A stretch of 64,000 nucleotides of DNA, from positions 62,001 to 126,000 of the forward strand of contig MU058451.1 in assembly GCA_013265495.1 (NCBI GenBank), written 5' to 3'. The first letter of the stretch is position 1, and the number at the start of each line of letters is the position of its first letter. This DNA comes from Vicugna vicugna (lineage: Eukaryota). The notes below the pieces were generated by a model, which was not told the origin of the DNA, did no database searches, and saw only the letters and a program-made list of their open reading frames with translations. Of the stretch, positions 25,476-38,845 are shown in pieces. The translations under genes were made by a program, and so were the position numbers.

Positions 25476-28400
25476 GGATAGGACTCCTTCATTCCTTTTA
25501 TTTATTTTCAAAGTTTCCCAGCTAACCTGGGGAAATTCCATTACACTGAGTAGATGAATTAATTTAGACACTTCACATTCACACTTCAATGAGACAGTAA
25601 GCACTAGAGGAACTCAAGGAATCAGAGATTCGAGGGGGCAGGAAAAAGAAGGAACATTCAGATGTTAATTAGCTCGATGAGCCCACCCAGATGCTAGAGG
25701 TCCTGAAAGAAAGGAGAGGGAAGAGGGAGTTTCTAGAGAAGAAACGGGAGGACGAGAAAAAGACGATTTACACTCCCCCCCACTGTGATCCGGCTTCTGC
25801 TCGCCCCACTCCCCTGTGATGCTCGTGACAAGGACACTAGGTTTCTGGTTCCTAAATACAAAGGACTCTTCCCTTAGGGTCCTGAGAAAGCCCCCAAAAT
25901 GCAGCAGTGCTTTGCTGACACCCTCCTTAAGCTGTAAGATCAGACCCGGTTTAAATGGCTGCAAACCTCAGCTTGTTTTGAGTTGGGTCCACCTCCCCAG
26001 GCCGAGAGAGTCCAATCCACACGCAGTGATGTGTAGATCACACACAAGGACCTCTGCCTTTACTTTCATGCACCCTCCTGTCCTTCGCATCTTTCTCCTC
26101 TCAGTCTCCTCCCTACATGGCCCCTGTTCCTTTCCCACTTGAGTTTCAGACAGTACAGTGAAGTGTTGGGGTGGGCGGAGGTGTGCAGGGGCAGAACAAG
26201 GGAGGTTCACGAGTTAGAATCTCCAACGTTTGCCGTACAACATAATCTACCTGAACACACTGCTCTGCAGTCTGCAAGGTCTACACTAGTGTTTGGTGCA
26301 ATGTTCAGAAGCAGAGGTACTCAACTACTGAATTATTATATTATCAACCAAAATTGCCATAGCCATGAATGACCACAGCAGGTTATCCCAAGGAATTCAT
26401 TTCTGCAGAATTCGGCAGCAAAGACGAAGTTTGTTATAAATAAGAACCGTTTCACTGACATTTGTGCTAGGGCAAGTAAATTACCCAGTGAGGTGATTTA
26501 TAAATTCATTCACCTTAACTCTCTGATAGGAAGCCGAGCAGTGGTGCTCTGGCCGTTGGGTCTGATTTATATCAGAAAAGTGTACAAAAGAAAATGGAGG
26601 TTCTCTATCTTGCTCCTGCTCTCTCCTGGCCTCCTGTTACTGTCTAACAGGCATCCTTTTCCTTTAATTACCTTCTTCATGGCTTGAGAGCTTTGATGAC
26701 TTGATTAAGCCTTGCAGTGCAGTTCCAGTCCCTACCCTTCTGATTAATTAGCCCCAACCTTATTAACTTCCTAATTCTGATCAATAAGGCACTGATGCTA
26801 AACTGTGCAAGGGCAAACTAAGGAGGCAATTTTACTGTTTTTTTTTTTAACCATCCTTTTTTTTTTAAACCTAATCTCACTTTTTAATACCAACCAGGTT
26901 GGAAGACAGTAATACAATAATAGTCCTATGAAGACTATACACGCTCTCCAGTCATAACTTTACTCGCTGCAACAGCACGATTTGTTGGCACTATTTGGGG
27001 ACTTCGCATTAAGAACACAGGGCCTCCATTATTCAGGATACTGGGTAAGTGATGCTCATGGCCAGAAAAAAGAATATGATGTGATAACGATGATTCAGTC
27101 AGTCCTTCTCCGAAAGAAAATCACAAAAAATGGAACAAGAAACTCCTCTTCCCCAAACCCAGACTCAGAATGGAGTTCTCCAACATTAAGGAGAAGATCC
27201 CAATATCCTAGACCAGCACTATTCAAAAGTACGTTTTAAGTTTTCTAGTAGCCACATTGAAAAAATTAAAAATTAATTAGATTAGCTAGCAAAATTAGTT
27301 TTGATAGTATGTTTTTTATAATTTAATATCAAAAATATTATCATTGCAAACTGTAAGCAATGTAAAATTACCAGTGACACTGTCCTTTCTTCCTCCCATC
27401 CAGCTTTATTGAGATATAACTGACAGATAACATTGTGTAAGCATAAGGTATACTACATGATTTTAAGAATGAGAGAGTATTAGTTTTTTCAAAAAGAATA
27501 TAAGATTAATGGTAAAGATGTATTTGAATTGCCAGCAAAAAACCAGACACAGAAGCGTGCTCCATGTTTCTTTCTTAAGAAACTGTGACTCCTATTAAGC
27601 CTATGACTTCTGTCGATACCCAAGGAAGCTTTGCCACCCTCTGAAACTCAAAAGTGGATTTCTAAAGCCTAGGTCCTTCCTTCATATTCTGCAGAATGCA
27701 CAAAGATCTTTCAACTTGAAGAAGAAATAGAAAAGCTCTTCACAGAGTGGTGATGCTGAGACGGGTAATTAGGTTTTAAATCAACAGCTACGAGTTACTC
27801 TTCCAGGTACAAAGCTCAGTGCACAACTGCTTCAGGCAAAGATGGCCCTTGTCAGAGTAACTCACAAATAAGACCTGCCCACCACCCCCACCCTCCTTCC
27901 AAATGTTCCCCCCACTTCCAGCCTTACATCCACCTCAGCGCCACTGTCCTGGGACCATCGGAACAATCTAACACACCAATCCAGAGGCATTGTTTAAAAT
28001 TCTTCAATGACCTCCTACTCTAGACTTCAGTTTATAAATCCCCTGCCTAATTCTTGATTTTTAAGTTTTTCCCACTCCCAGCCTCCCACTTTACCCTTCA
28101 TTGTTGAAACTGCCTATACTTTCCTGCCTTTATCAAGGGAATCCCAAATGCTGGCTCTGTTATTAGCAACTTGTGACCTTAGGCAAGTCCAAACTCCTCT
28201 CAGCACTGGTTTGCTACATTTTTTAAATAAGAGTCAATCTCTCTGTGGCCCCAAGCAAATGGAGGTGGAGATTCCCAGGGGCACGGAAATTTCTGCCTCC
28301 AATGGGCCCCTCTCATGGCCAAGTTTTCAAACTGGAGACTGCGGTAACCCTGGGGTACTCAAAGTCTTTCCAGAGATTCTATGACCTTGGATGGTCCCAA

Positions 28401-28661
28401 AGGAATTATTTTCCAGATCCTTTACTTCCATTGTTACCCAGCTTTCGAACAGCTTGACAAACGAAAAATGTCCCTCTCACTCAATCCAAAATAACTTTAG
28501 TGATTGCTCCAGGATGTAAAGGCCTCCCAGGGCCCCAAAAAGGACACCTCTTTTAAGTCACCTGCATTTCCTTATCTTCTATCTAATCATACCTCTATTA
28601 AAGAGAAGCAGAGCCTTAGAAATGTAGTATTTTGGTCAGCATTGGGTAGTTTGATTTGATG

Positions 28662-28670
28662 TTATTATTG

Positions 28671-28702
<32 letters not shown>
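28662..28702 (+). repeat. (TTA)n microsatellite
   Basis: Seen directly. Confidence 0.9.
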
Positions 28703-29699
28703 TGTATTTTGATTTTAAATCTATGGCAGAGTAAATGGTGGGATTAGGGCCATTTCTATTTGACTTTGCTTTTTCCCTGATCACTTGTCAAAGAATGCTT
28801 CATTCCTGAGACAGTCCCAAGAGAAAAAGAAAGGAAGCATCAGGAAGACATTTGATCATTTAAACACAATTACTTTTTTAACTTATTCTCCATCCTAGGA
28901 CTCAACACCATGAGCTGGGAGTGGGGATGCCTTTAAATAAATGAAAATATGGATTAGTAAAACTGATTCCTTTTAAATGTGATTGGAATTTTTCTTCTGA
29001 AACTACCAAATTATAAAAAAAAAAACCATGCTGTATAAAACCCTCAAAGCTTTTATGTGATTTCTTTCAGTGTTATTTTTAAAGATAAAAATTATCAAAT
29101 CAGACCATGACATTTGTCAATTATAGTCAATTTTCATCTTATTTTATCTTATAAAATGTTTAGTATCTTCTTCCTATTAACTTGAAATTATATGCTAACT
29201 GCTAGACCAATTTGTTTTTAGGAGTTTTTATCTTTCTCTTTCATTAAGTACATGGAGAAAGTTTAATTATAATTCACGTCAATAAAAGCTTCATTTTCAG
29301 TAAGCTTATTTTTTATCTTAATTATTTATCAAAATATGTAGCATACTTATTTATAGCAATTATCAACAAATAGTTATAATGATAACTCAATGCAGAATAA
29401 TTTGTTACTATTTAACTGCCTCATGGTCACAGGAAATAAAACAAAATTAAAATTTTATGTTTCATGGAAAATTTATTTACTTCCACGTTCCCCTGTGAGA
29501 GAAGCATATGAAAGAAATCTTAATAAAATGATTTAAATATAAAAATATATAATAGAAGAATCTGTGGAGTAAGTGAAACATAATGTTCAAAAAGAAAAAA
29601 AGATATAAATTTTCCAAACATTAAAAAAGATCTTACTAATGAATTCTTAAATGGATAATGAGTATTGTCATTAATGCTGTTTCCACTTGATACTTTTTA

Positions 29700-30066
29700 A
29701 AGAATGTATAACTCATTTATATTGAGATATATTTGATTTAAAATATATTAATTTCAGATGTACAACATAGTGATTCAAAATTTTTATACATTATACAGTC
29801 TCCTAAATCCCTACCCCTACCCTGCCCCTCCCCTTCCCTCTCCCCAGTGATAACCACTAGCTTGTTCTCTGTATCTGTGAGTCTGTTTCTGTTTTGTTAT
29901 ATTCATTCTTTTTTTTTTTGATTCCACATATAAGTGATAACATACAGTATTTGTCTTCCTCTGTCTGACTTAATTCACTACTTATAATACCCTCAAGGTC
30001 TATCCATGTTGCTGCAAATGGCAGAATTTTATTCTTTTTAATGGCTGGGTAATATTCCATTGTGTA
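29700..30066 (-). mobile_element. L1 3' end
   Basis: Minus ORF MEYYPAIKKNKILPFAATWIDLEGIISSELSQTEEDKYCMLSLICGI. Confidence 0.85.
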
Positions 30067-30160
30067 TAGAATATTTTTACATTTGTTGGTACATATTTTC
30101 AGATTTATTATTATATTTTAAATTTTAATGTTTAAATATTATATTTAAATACTGTCTTAT

Positions 30161-30694
30161 GGGGGGTGGAGGGTGGGAAGGGATAGACTGGGATTTCAAA
30201 ACTGTAGAATAGATAAACAAGATTACACTGTATAGCACAGGGAAATATACACAAAATGTTATGATAACTCACAGAGATGACAATGAGATATGTCCACGAA
30301 TGACTGAAAAATTGTGCTGAACACTGGAATCTGACACAACATTGTAAAATGATTATAAATCAATAAAAAATGTTTAAAAAAATCTCTACTAATAAACTCA
30401 TATACAAAACAGAAATAGACTCACAGGCGTAGTAAACAATCTTATGGTTACCAGGGGAAAGAGGATGGGAAGGAATAGATTTGGGAGTTCAAGACGTGAA
30501 GATATTAACTACTATATATAAAAATAGATTTAAAAAACTATATTCAATATCTTGTAATAACCTTTAGTGAAAAAGAATATGAAAATGATGATATGTATAT
30601 ATGTATGACTGGGATATGATGCTGTACACCAGAAATTGGCACATTGTAACTGACTATACTTCAATAAAAATAAATAAAGTATATTTCAAAAAAA
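30161..30694 (+). mobile_element. Composite insertion of two different L1 3' UTRs in tandem
   Basis: 30161-30382 matches the 3' end of the L1 at 16515-16750, followed by a second L1-type 3' UTR with its own AATAAA and A tail; 15-bp TSD taaatactgtcttat at 30146-60 and 30695-709. Confidence 0.85.
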
Positions 30695-31869
30695 TAAATA
30701 CTGTCTTATATTTCATCTTTTTAGGACTTGTGGTTATATTACCTTTCCTACTTCTAATGGTTTTTATTGGTATTTTCTCTTTCCTTGTATCTTGATCAGA
30801 CTTGACTATTTGTTGGTTTTTTCCAAATAACCGTATCTTGATTTTACTTATGTGTCAGCTTTTCTTTCATTTTCCTGTTTCTTAATTTCTGCTTTTCCCC
30901 CACTTCGTAATTGTTTCATAATTTATAATCTATAATGCATTCCAGGTTCATTAACATAAATTCTCCTAGTCTTAAGGATGCAACAACATGATGTATCAGT
31001 CAAAACTAGAAGTTTTATAGGTATTCAAATATTGCATTACTTTTAAAATAGCTAAGATGGACATTTGGCTACACCTGCTTTTAAATTTTCTAGGCCATGC
31101 AAAATTATTAGAGTCACAATGTTATAGAGTTGTGAGACTCCAGGGTTTCAAAGAGGAGAATCCTGGTCCTATGAGCTGCTACTGCCTTGGCCCCCCTCTG
31201 CAGAGCTGGGATGGCCCTCCGTGGAAGCCTACGTGATTGTTAAGTTCCACAATTGTCACAGGAGCAGAGAAATGTTTGTCTTCGTTCAGGGGAGGGATAC
31301 GAAGTTGGTTCCTTTATGTCTCTGGATTTGTTTGCCCATTTGCAGAATGGGTATAACAATAAGCGACTCACAATAATCTTTTGAAAGATGAGAAAAATGA
31401 AGTTCAAAAATATTTAGTAACTTGCCTACGCAGTTAATATGAAGCTTGAACCCACCCGTGTCTGGGGTCGAGAACGCTACTTTGATCTGCAAAGTCTCCA
31501 CCTACACAGTGTTTCCTCAATTTGACTCTCATAACACACTTAGAAATTTTCAACACAGGAGCACAACTTATGATCGATTTACATTTAATGGGTTACACAG
31601 AGCATCTTTGGTATAAAGAAATATGTTTGTCTCAGCGTCAAGTAGAAACCAAATGCAACAGAGCTGATTAAGATGTTAAAAGTGTAAGCGCATTTGCTGA
31701 TTAGGGGTTCATTAGGGATCTTAGCAAGAGCAGATTCCTGTTGTGCTGAGGACAGAAGCCAGAATGAAAAGACTGCAATTGTAATATGTGCAATTGTGAT
31801 ACGTGTAGTTAGTGATTTTACATTAGATGGCATTGTAATAGAACACGCAGTACTCAGAGTATAAGCTAA

Positions 31870-32400
31870 ACCCTTCCAAGACCCTCCTAATCCTTCAAGA
31901 CTGTGTGGTCTGCAACCTCCCACCCTCACTCCCCACACTCCCTTACCCTACTGCCCTCCCTCCTCCGCTCCAGTCAGCCTGGCCCCCTGCTGTCCCTCCA
32001 TCACTGACAGATTTTTCCCTTAAGACTTTTAAACTGCCCACTCCTCAGACAGGAAGGCTCCTCCCAAGATATCCACCCAAGACTCCCTTACCTTAACTGC
32101 TGGTCCTCCCCTGACCACCCTTCGTCCAATTACCATGTCTACACCCATCTCCCCAACACTGCTTGACTTCCCTTTACTCCATACCACTTCTTGTGGCCTG
32201 ACATATTACATCTCCTCATCCATCACTTCTCTTCCCTGGTGAATGTTCCACCAGCTCCCCATCACTGGAATTTAGCCCCAAGAGAGTAAGGATCTTGGTT
32301 TTGTTCACTCATGTGTCCCAAGCACCTGGAACATGCATGACACAGCAGGTTCGCAACAAATATTGGGTGAAAGAATGAGTGAGTGAATGAATGAACCAAT
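31870..32400 (+). mobile_element. L2 3' end
   Basis: tttgttcact...agcacctggaaca...aaatatt...gaatgagtgagtgaatgaatgaa. Confidence 0.7.
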
Positions 32401-33321
32401 GGGAACAAAGTGTACTAGTCATTTCTGTGTTCCCATTCTTCAGTCACTCAAACTTAGAGTCACACCTGGGCTCTGCCACCCACTGGCTGTATGACCTTTA
32501 TCTCATCTGTTAATGAATAAAACCTGATATGACCTCCAGGATTATAGGTGAGATATGGTAATTAATGCAAAGTGCTTAGCACCATGCCTGGAGCAAAGCT
32601 CGGTGAATGTTTCCATTATGTCACTTGTCATCATTATTATCATTGTTTTATTTAATTTCCACACTATCCTAAAAGGCAGATACCATTCCTACTTCAAAGA
32701 TAGGGAAAGACAACAAAAAGAAGTAACTTCCTAGGATCCAAGAGGATGTAACTCCCAGCCGCTCTCAGCTCACCTTTGCCATGCCTGACCCTGGAGTCCT
32801 TGGCCACCTGCTCCGCCTGAGGTCACCAGACTCCCTGGTCCCTCTCACAACTTCCCATAGAAAGCAGAGCAGGACCCTCCGCATTTCCCCTCCTGAGGGG
32901 TCTTCTAAGACATGATGCTTCTGTACAGTCTTTCTGGAGAATTCCTGTGGCCGAGGCTCTGGGACTTCATAAAACAGGGATCTAGACACACACCACCTTC
33001 TTTTTTCTTCCCACCCTTCCCCTCCTTCATTTTCCCTCACTCTTGAGGCCCTGGGATTCCATTTCTAGTAAAGGGCCAGCATGTAAGCCTTGCCTCAGGC
33101 TCCATTTTCTACGGAACCTAGAACAGAAACTGGGCCCACATCCTAGACCTGTCTGATCCCAAACCTACACTCACCATCCAACACCAACTTTATGGACCAC
33201 CTCCTCTCTGCCCGGGCCGCCTCTCACTACATCCTAAGCTGACATGTGCAGAAAGTGGGATGGTGGAAACTGGGGACCCCTTTTTCCCTGAATAAAGGAA
33301 TAAAGATACACAGCAGCTCTG

Positions 33322-34212
33322 GCAGTGTGCTGGGCGGCCCCATGGGTCTGTCTGCTGCTTCAACAGTATTTGGACAGAACAGACACAGGGACGCCCCAGC
33401 TCCGGCCTCCGACCGCCCTCCAACCGTTTTTCCAGTCACAACCTGCAGAACCAACCACTCTGCTACCTTCAACCTGCAAGACCAGCCAACACCATCTTTT
33501 AACCTTAGCTCCTTATACTCAGCAACCATGAGCTCCCAAATTATTCAGAATTTTTCCACCAGGTGGTGGCCACCGTCAACCTCAGGGCCCACATGCATCT
33601 GCGGGCCCCTTGTACTTACCACTCTCTGGGCTTCTTTTTCCACCAGGGCGATGTGGCTCCGGAGGGCGCAGGCCACTTTTCCTGCCAGTTGGCCGAGGAG
33701 AAGCGCCAGGGCGCCCGGCACCTCTGGAAAACGCAAGCCAGCATGGTGGCCGCGCCCTCTTCCAGAACGTGCAGAAGCCGTCCAGAGACGTGAAACCCAG
33801 GCCATGCTCACGGAGAAGAAGCCGAATCAGATCCTCTTGGATGTGCATGCCCTGGGTTCTGCCCGGGCAGACCCCCACCGCTGTGACTTCCTGCAGAGCC
33901 ACTTCCTGGATGAGGAGGTAAAACCCACCAGGAAGATGGACGACCACCTGAGTGAACTGCGCAGGCTGGCTGGCAAGCAGGCCGGCTGGAGCCCAAGCTC
34001 GGCCGCGCGAGCCCCGCTCCCAAAGGCTCCCCAACAAGCACCGCTAGGAGCCTCCGGAATCCAGAAGTCTTTGAGGGGCTCCTCTGGGGTCAGGGCTTCC
34101 GTCTGAAGCCTCTCTCTGCAGCCACTAGGCAGCTTCTGAACCGCCCTGGAGTCCTCGCCCAAGCCTGGAACCAAATGGAAACAATTAAGCTTTTTGCAGG
34201 AGGAAAGAAAAG
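33322..34212 (+). pseudogene. FTL: Processed pseudogene of ferritin light chain, copy A
   Basis: 5' UTR IRE-like hairpin, ATG 33528 [11 protein letters not shown], frameshifted segments such as [29 protein letters not shown]. No introns; degenerate poly(A) signal and tail. Confidence 0.92.
33347..33383 (+). promoter_or_regulatory. Degenerate iron-responsive element of FTL pseudogene A
   Basis: tctgtctgctgcttcaa-cagtat-ttggacagaacaga; loop CAGTAT instead of CAGTGN. Confidence 0.85.
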
Positions 34213-36509
34213 ATGCAAACAAACACTTCATACAGGAAGCTTGAAAGCTACTAGAGTTGATCAATAAAACAAAAGACCAGTAAAGGGAAAAGTTTAAATC
34301 TGGAATAAAAAAAAAAGAATTAAGTGAATGACAATGAAGGAGGAACAGGAATAACATCCTGAACAGAAAACAGACACAAAGCAGATAGCAGGGAGCTTTT
34401 TAAAATGAGAAGAGAATGGTTGATGCAACCTTACACATTTAAGAGTAAAGTAAGCCCTAGACCTTTCTTTTTTAAATGCTTATTGAAAACAAAATAATAT
34501 GATTTTTTGAACATGATTTTCAAAGTCACATAGCATTAACAGTACTGTAACAGTTATCAATCACCTGGTTTTGACTATGGTCTATGGTTATGGAAGACGT
34601 TATCATTGGGGGAAATGGGATGAATATATATGGGAACACTGTACCATTTTTACAACTTTTTGTTCGGTTTAGAATATTTCAAAATAAAAACTTTTGAAAC
34701 TCTCATAGTTTTACAAAGTTTGTAGCAGATCCTCGCCCTAACCTTCCCCATTGTTGATTCCTAGTCTCACCAAGGAAACTATAAATAAGCTATACCCCCA
34801 AATTTCTAGATAACCCTTTCTGGGAAAGGGTGCCAATGAGGTAAAGTTAGGGGGAGGAGGAACCTGTAATCCATTATTGGATTTGGGGGCTCCTAGATTC
34901 AACTTTTAATTTTCTTCTTTCTCATTTTCCACATATTTGTCATCTTGTTCTACTTTCTAGGTAATTTCCTCAACTTCATCTTCTCCTCTTCCAACTGTTC
35001 TATTTTTTTCCTATCATATTTTTAATTTCCAAGATGAGGAATTCAGGCTTTTATCTTGAGGGCAAGGGAGAAATACTGGAAAATTTTGGAAAAACAAGAG
35101 AAAAGCTCTGTTGTAGGATGGTTACTGGGGAAAAAGGGGTCTCAGAACTTCAAAGAGCCCATTTATCTGACGTCAGCCTACCTGAAATGCCATTTGTTTT
35201 CTCTGCCACATGCACAAATGCAACCTTTAAAGTCCAGCTTGCTGAAGTCAATTTGCTTCCTTAAGGCCTTCCACAATTCTCCAGTCCACAGCTTCAGATC
35301 CTGCTTCCCCATAACTACTCATTCCTTCATGTAGCAATATCTGGACAATTAATCACATCCTGCTCTGAGTTAGGCTGCAGCTGTATTCTATACCTGTGTA
35401 TAAATAGTATTGCATTTGAATTATAAATTCCTGGAGGGCAGGGGCAGTCATTCCTGGGACTTTCCTAAGCACCTAAGAAGGGGACAGGCATGTCAATATG
35501 TTTAATAAATAAATGAAGAAACACTGATGCAAATTCAAGTCTCTCTCATCCTTTCCACAAATGGACATGCTTCTCCTCAACAGTTCTGATGACTTAATGC
35601 CATTTGAAAAATGGTTGAAGGTGTAAAGGATGGAGAAGCCAATAAAAATCTCAGGAAAAACACAATACAGTCTCCAACACACGGGAAAAATGGTTTTTCA
35701 TTAGAGATTCCACTGGTTCTGTATGGCACCAACAGATGGAAGCCCATTGATTGGAAGGTACATTTCAACTAAGTACGAAGAAGAATTTTTTAACAGTGTA
35801 AGCACCAGAAGGATGGAGCAGGATGTCACAGAAGGTGGAGTTGAAGCTTCATCTGAGTGACTCTTCGATGGGTGTGTTTAGACGTCCAAGCAATGGCAGG
35901 TTTTGATTTCTCCATACAGGAGGGGTTTAAATGAGGCAGTCTGCTGGGAGAGGGTACATAAGGGACGTATCTTAAAGGTATAATGAAATGTACAAAGAAT
36001 ATATATTTATTTGGAGTGGCTTGGCTGCACAAAACCATGATCCCTGAAGGGGACACTTCAGGAGGGATTTTATTCAAATCTAAAGAATTTATGTAGATAA
36101 ATCATAATTAAACATTCAAGTGGAATATATACAGCTGAATGCCATTTGCATTCCAGCCTTGTTATTCAATACATCTGTAAACTATCATTCAGCAGGTTAC
36201 TGAGAAAGGTTATCAAGGTCAAAAGACCATCAGCCAAAAAGCCACACTCCTGGACTCAAACACTTGTGGTCACTGGCCTGGGCCTGCGACTTAGCTCCCT
36301 TCCTCTTGGCTCTTCGGTGGCAAACCCAACATCCAATTTATTTTATCTCTAAAAGTTTACATGAGACCAGGGACTGTGACATCCTTTTTTGGCCAAAATA
36401 ATAGAAGCAATAACTTGGAGTCCATATATTTCAAATGAAATGCTAGAAAGGGAGGATAAAAATGATTCTCTTCAACCAGAGCCCCTGAGTATCCCTGGCG
36501 GCCACACGA

Positions 36510-37190
36510 TGCAGGAGTTAAGATCATACACATAAGAGACACAAATTAAAACTACTCTGAGATACCATTTCTCACCCATCAGATAATAGCAAAACTCCAT
36601 AAGCTGGGTAACAGGCTTGGTTGGCAAAGCTAGGAGGGAACGGCACCCCCTCAGGGGGAGTGTAAACTGGCACAGCCCTCTTTGGACTGCAATTTGGCAA
36701 CATCTGTCAATATTACACGTGCAAATAGTATTTAAACACACCTAGCATGCACCCAACTGCCCTTGCACACAAGCAAAAGGAAGATGGGCAAGACCATTCA
36801 GGTGTCCACTGCAACCTTAATTATGATAGCAAAAATCAGAAATGGTCTATCAACAGGCAACTAAATAAACTGCAGTGTATCCATACAACGGAGTGTTACG
36901 TGGCTCTGAAAAAGAATAAGAAGGTTCTCTAGGTTCTGACTGGAAAAGGTTTTGAAGATATGTTGATAAATGAGATAAGTTTATATAGAAAATGTGGAGA
37001 ATAAGACATAACGTCTGTATTTACTTCACATGCAGAAAGACACTCTGGACAGACACCCTTAGAAGCAAGTAACAGCGGCTGCTCATAAGAGTGGGAGACG
37101 CTCACGGGAAGTGGGAAGACATTTCACTGTGTATTTTTTATTATATATACTCTATTTTATTTTTAAACCTAGTCAAAAAATTTAAAAATT
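36510..37190 (+). mobile_element. Old L1ME-like 3' end
   Basis: gagataccatttctcacccatcagat, gtgtaaactggcacagcc. Confidence 0.7.
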
Positions 37191-38745
37191 AAAAACTAAA
37201 AGGTCCCTGCAGTGGGATGCCTGTATAAGATGACTCACAGCTCTTCCCTACATTTGGGCAAATTACTCTTCTCTCTGCCTTTCAGTTTCCTCATCTGTAC
37301 AATGGGATGATAATAAAAGCCACCGTAAAGCATTTAGAACAGGGCCTGGCACATAAAATATTGTTTTTTGAAGGTAAAATTTTAGTCAGGGTGTTTAAAT
37401 TTTTAAAAAAACTAAATGCACTGAAGTCTTTTTATTTGTATAAAATGCAATGCTCATTTTTTGCTTCAAAGAACTTTAATAAATATGAGTTTTTCCTTGG
37501 GGGAAAAAAAAAACAAAACCCTCTTTTTAGAAAGAACTTAAATAATATCAATCATACAATTAGTGAAAAAGATGCTACTATATTTGAACCAGATAGCATT
37601 CTAAGTATTTAGAAAACATCTTATTTAATCCACACAAAAAGCTTGTGTTAGGAATTATCCTTATTTTACAAATAAGAAACTGAGCTCAGTTTGTTGCCCC
37701 AAATTATACAATTAATTATATCTGTTTCTAAAGTCTGTGCTCTTAAATACTATAGTAGTTGTCTGTCAGAAAATGGGAGATAAGTCCCTCAATTTGTAAA
37801 AGCAAGTAGAATTTTCAATACAACAGCTTAAAAATCTCCAAGCCTAATTACCATACTGGGCAGCTTTGTAAGGCTAATACTCAGCTTACAAAACAATTAT
37901 GACTGAGTGGGGGGCGGGAAGTAAAATTAAAATGTGGGCATTGCTTTTCAGAGTGTGACTGTTGTCTTTAAAAACAGCAGGGCAACAGTAAATAGCAGGG
38001 GAAACTTGCCATAGCAAATAACAGAAAAACTATCAATAACTTAAAGAGAACCACATCCAGAAAAATACCCCCAAACTGCAAATTGACTCCAAGTAGTAAG
38101 CGTCAAACAAAAAGGTGATAGTGTTCCTGCTTGGATAATCAGGGCCCCAAATGGAAGATAGGAAACTCCAATTCTTCTGTTTTAAAATTTTCAGAACTCC
38201 CAAGAACGGTATTAACAGCTTTTTCACTTACAGAAGGATGCTTTTAGCAATAAGGCATTGTCCTCTTTTCTTCTACTACCGTGCATGAAGGACAACCTGA
38301 AGTTAAAGATTTCACAATGACAGCTTCCTAAACACTGATCTGGAGCTCCTACTTAGGCTGTGTTCCTCTTTATTGCTCTACCTGTCCTTGTGAGATAAAC
38401 CCCAAAACGCGTGCAACAATGTCTGAAAAAATGTAGTGATTTTTCCCTCTGAAGAATATGTAGCCTTCATCTTATCCAGTTGCTCAATCTTTCACCTAGT
38501 TTGGTCTGGAACTGAAATGAACTTCATTTTACAGCTCATCACACTCAGTATATGCTCCAACAAATGGATTCCTGTGTCCGGAGACAAGTAAAATCCCTCT
38601 CTCTCTTGGGGATTCCGCTGTAGCATTTGTTCTAGGACATTAATGGACGTCCTAACCAGTCCATGTTTTCTAAAGCAATGACAACTCAAGATCATACTCT
38701 CAAAATGAGACATGTTCAATATAATGACTACAAAAAACTGTTATG

Positions 38746-38845
38746 GGGCGGCGCGCAGGGAGGCGGGGTCGGCACGAGGCTGCGGCGCTCTCCGGTTGCT
38801 CAGCGGGGCGCGGGGCGCGGCGACATGGCGGACAAGAAAAAAAAA
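38746..38845 (+). pseudogene. Short retrocopy of an mRNA 5' end (GC-rich UTR + ATG GCG GAC AAG + A run)
   Basis: CpG-rich island in AT-rich DNA, flanked by aaaaaactgttatg (38732-45) and aaaaaactgtcatg (38846-59). Confidence 0.8.

Larger units (their letters stand above)
33298..35034 (+). repeat. 1.74-kb direct repeat, copy A
   Basis: Near-identical to 41480-43217, from gaataaagata to tttccaaga. Confidence 0.95.

Noticed and set aside
33246..34106. 286-aa ORF (and the 259-aa ORF at 41509) as a novel protein
   Set aside because: Patchwork of FTL UTR and shifted frames in a GC-rich pseudogene, with a non-ATG start.
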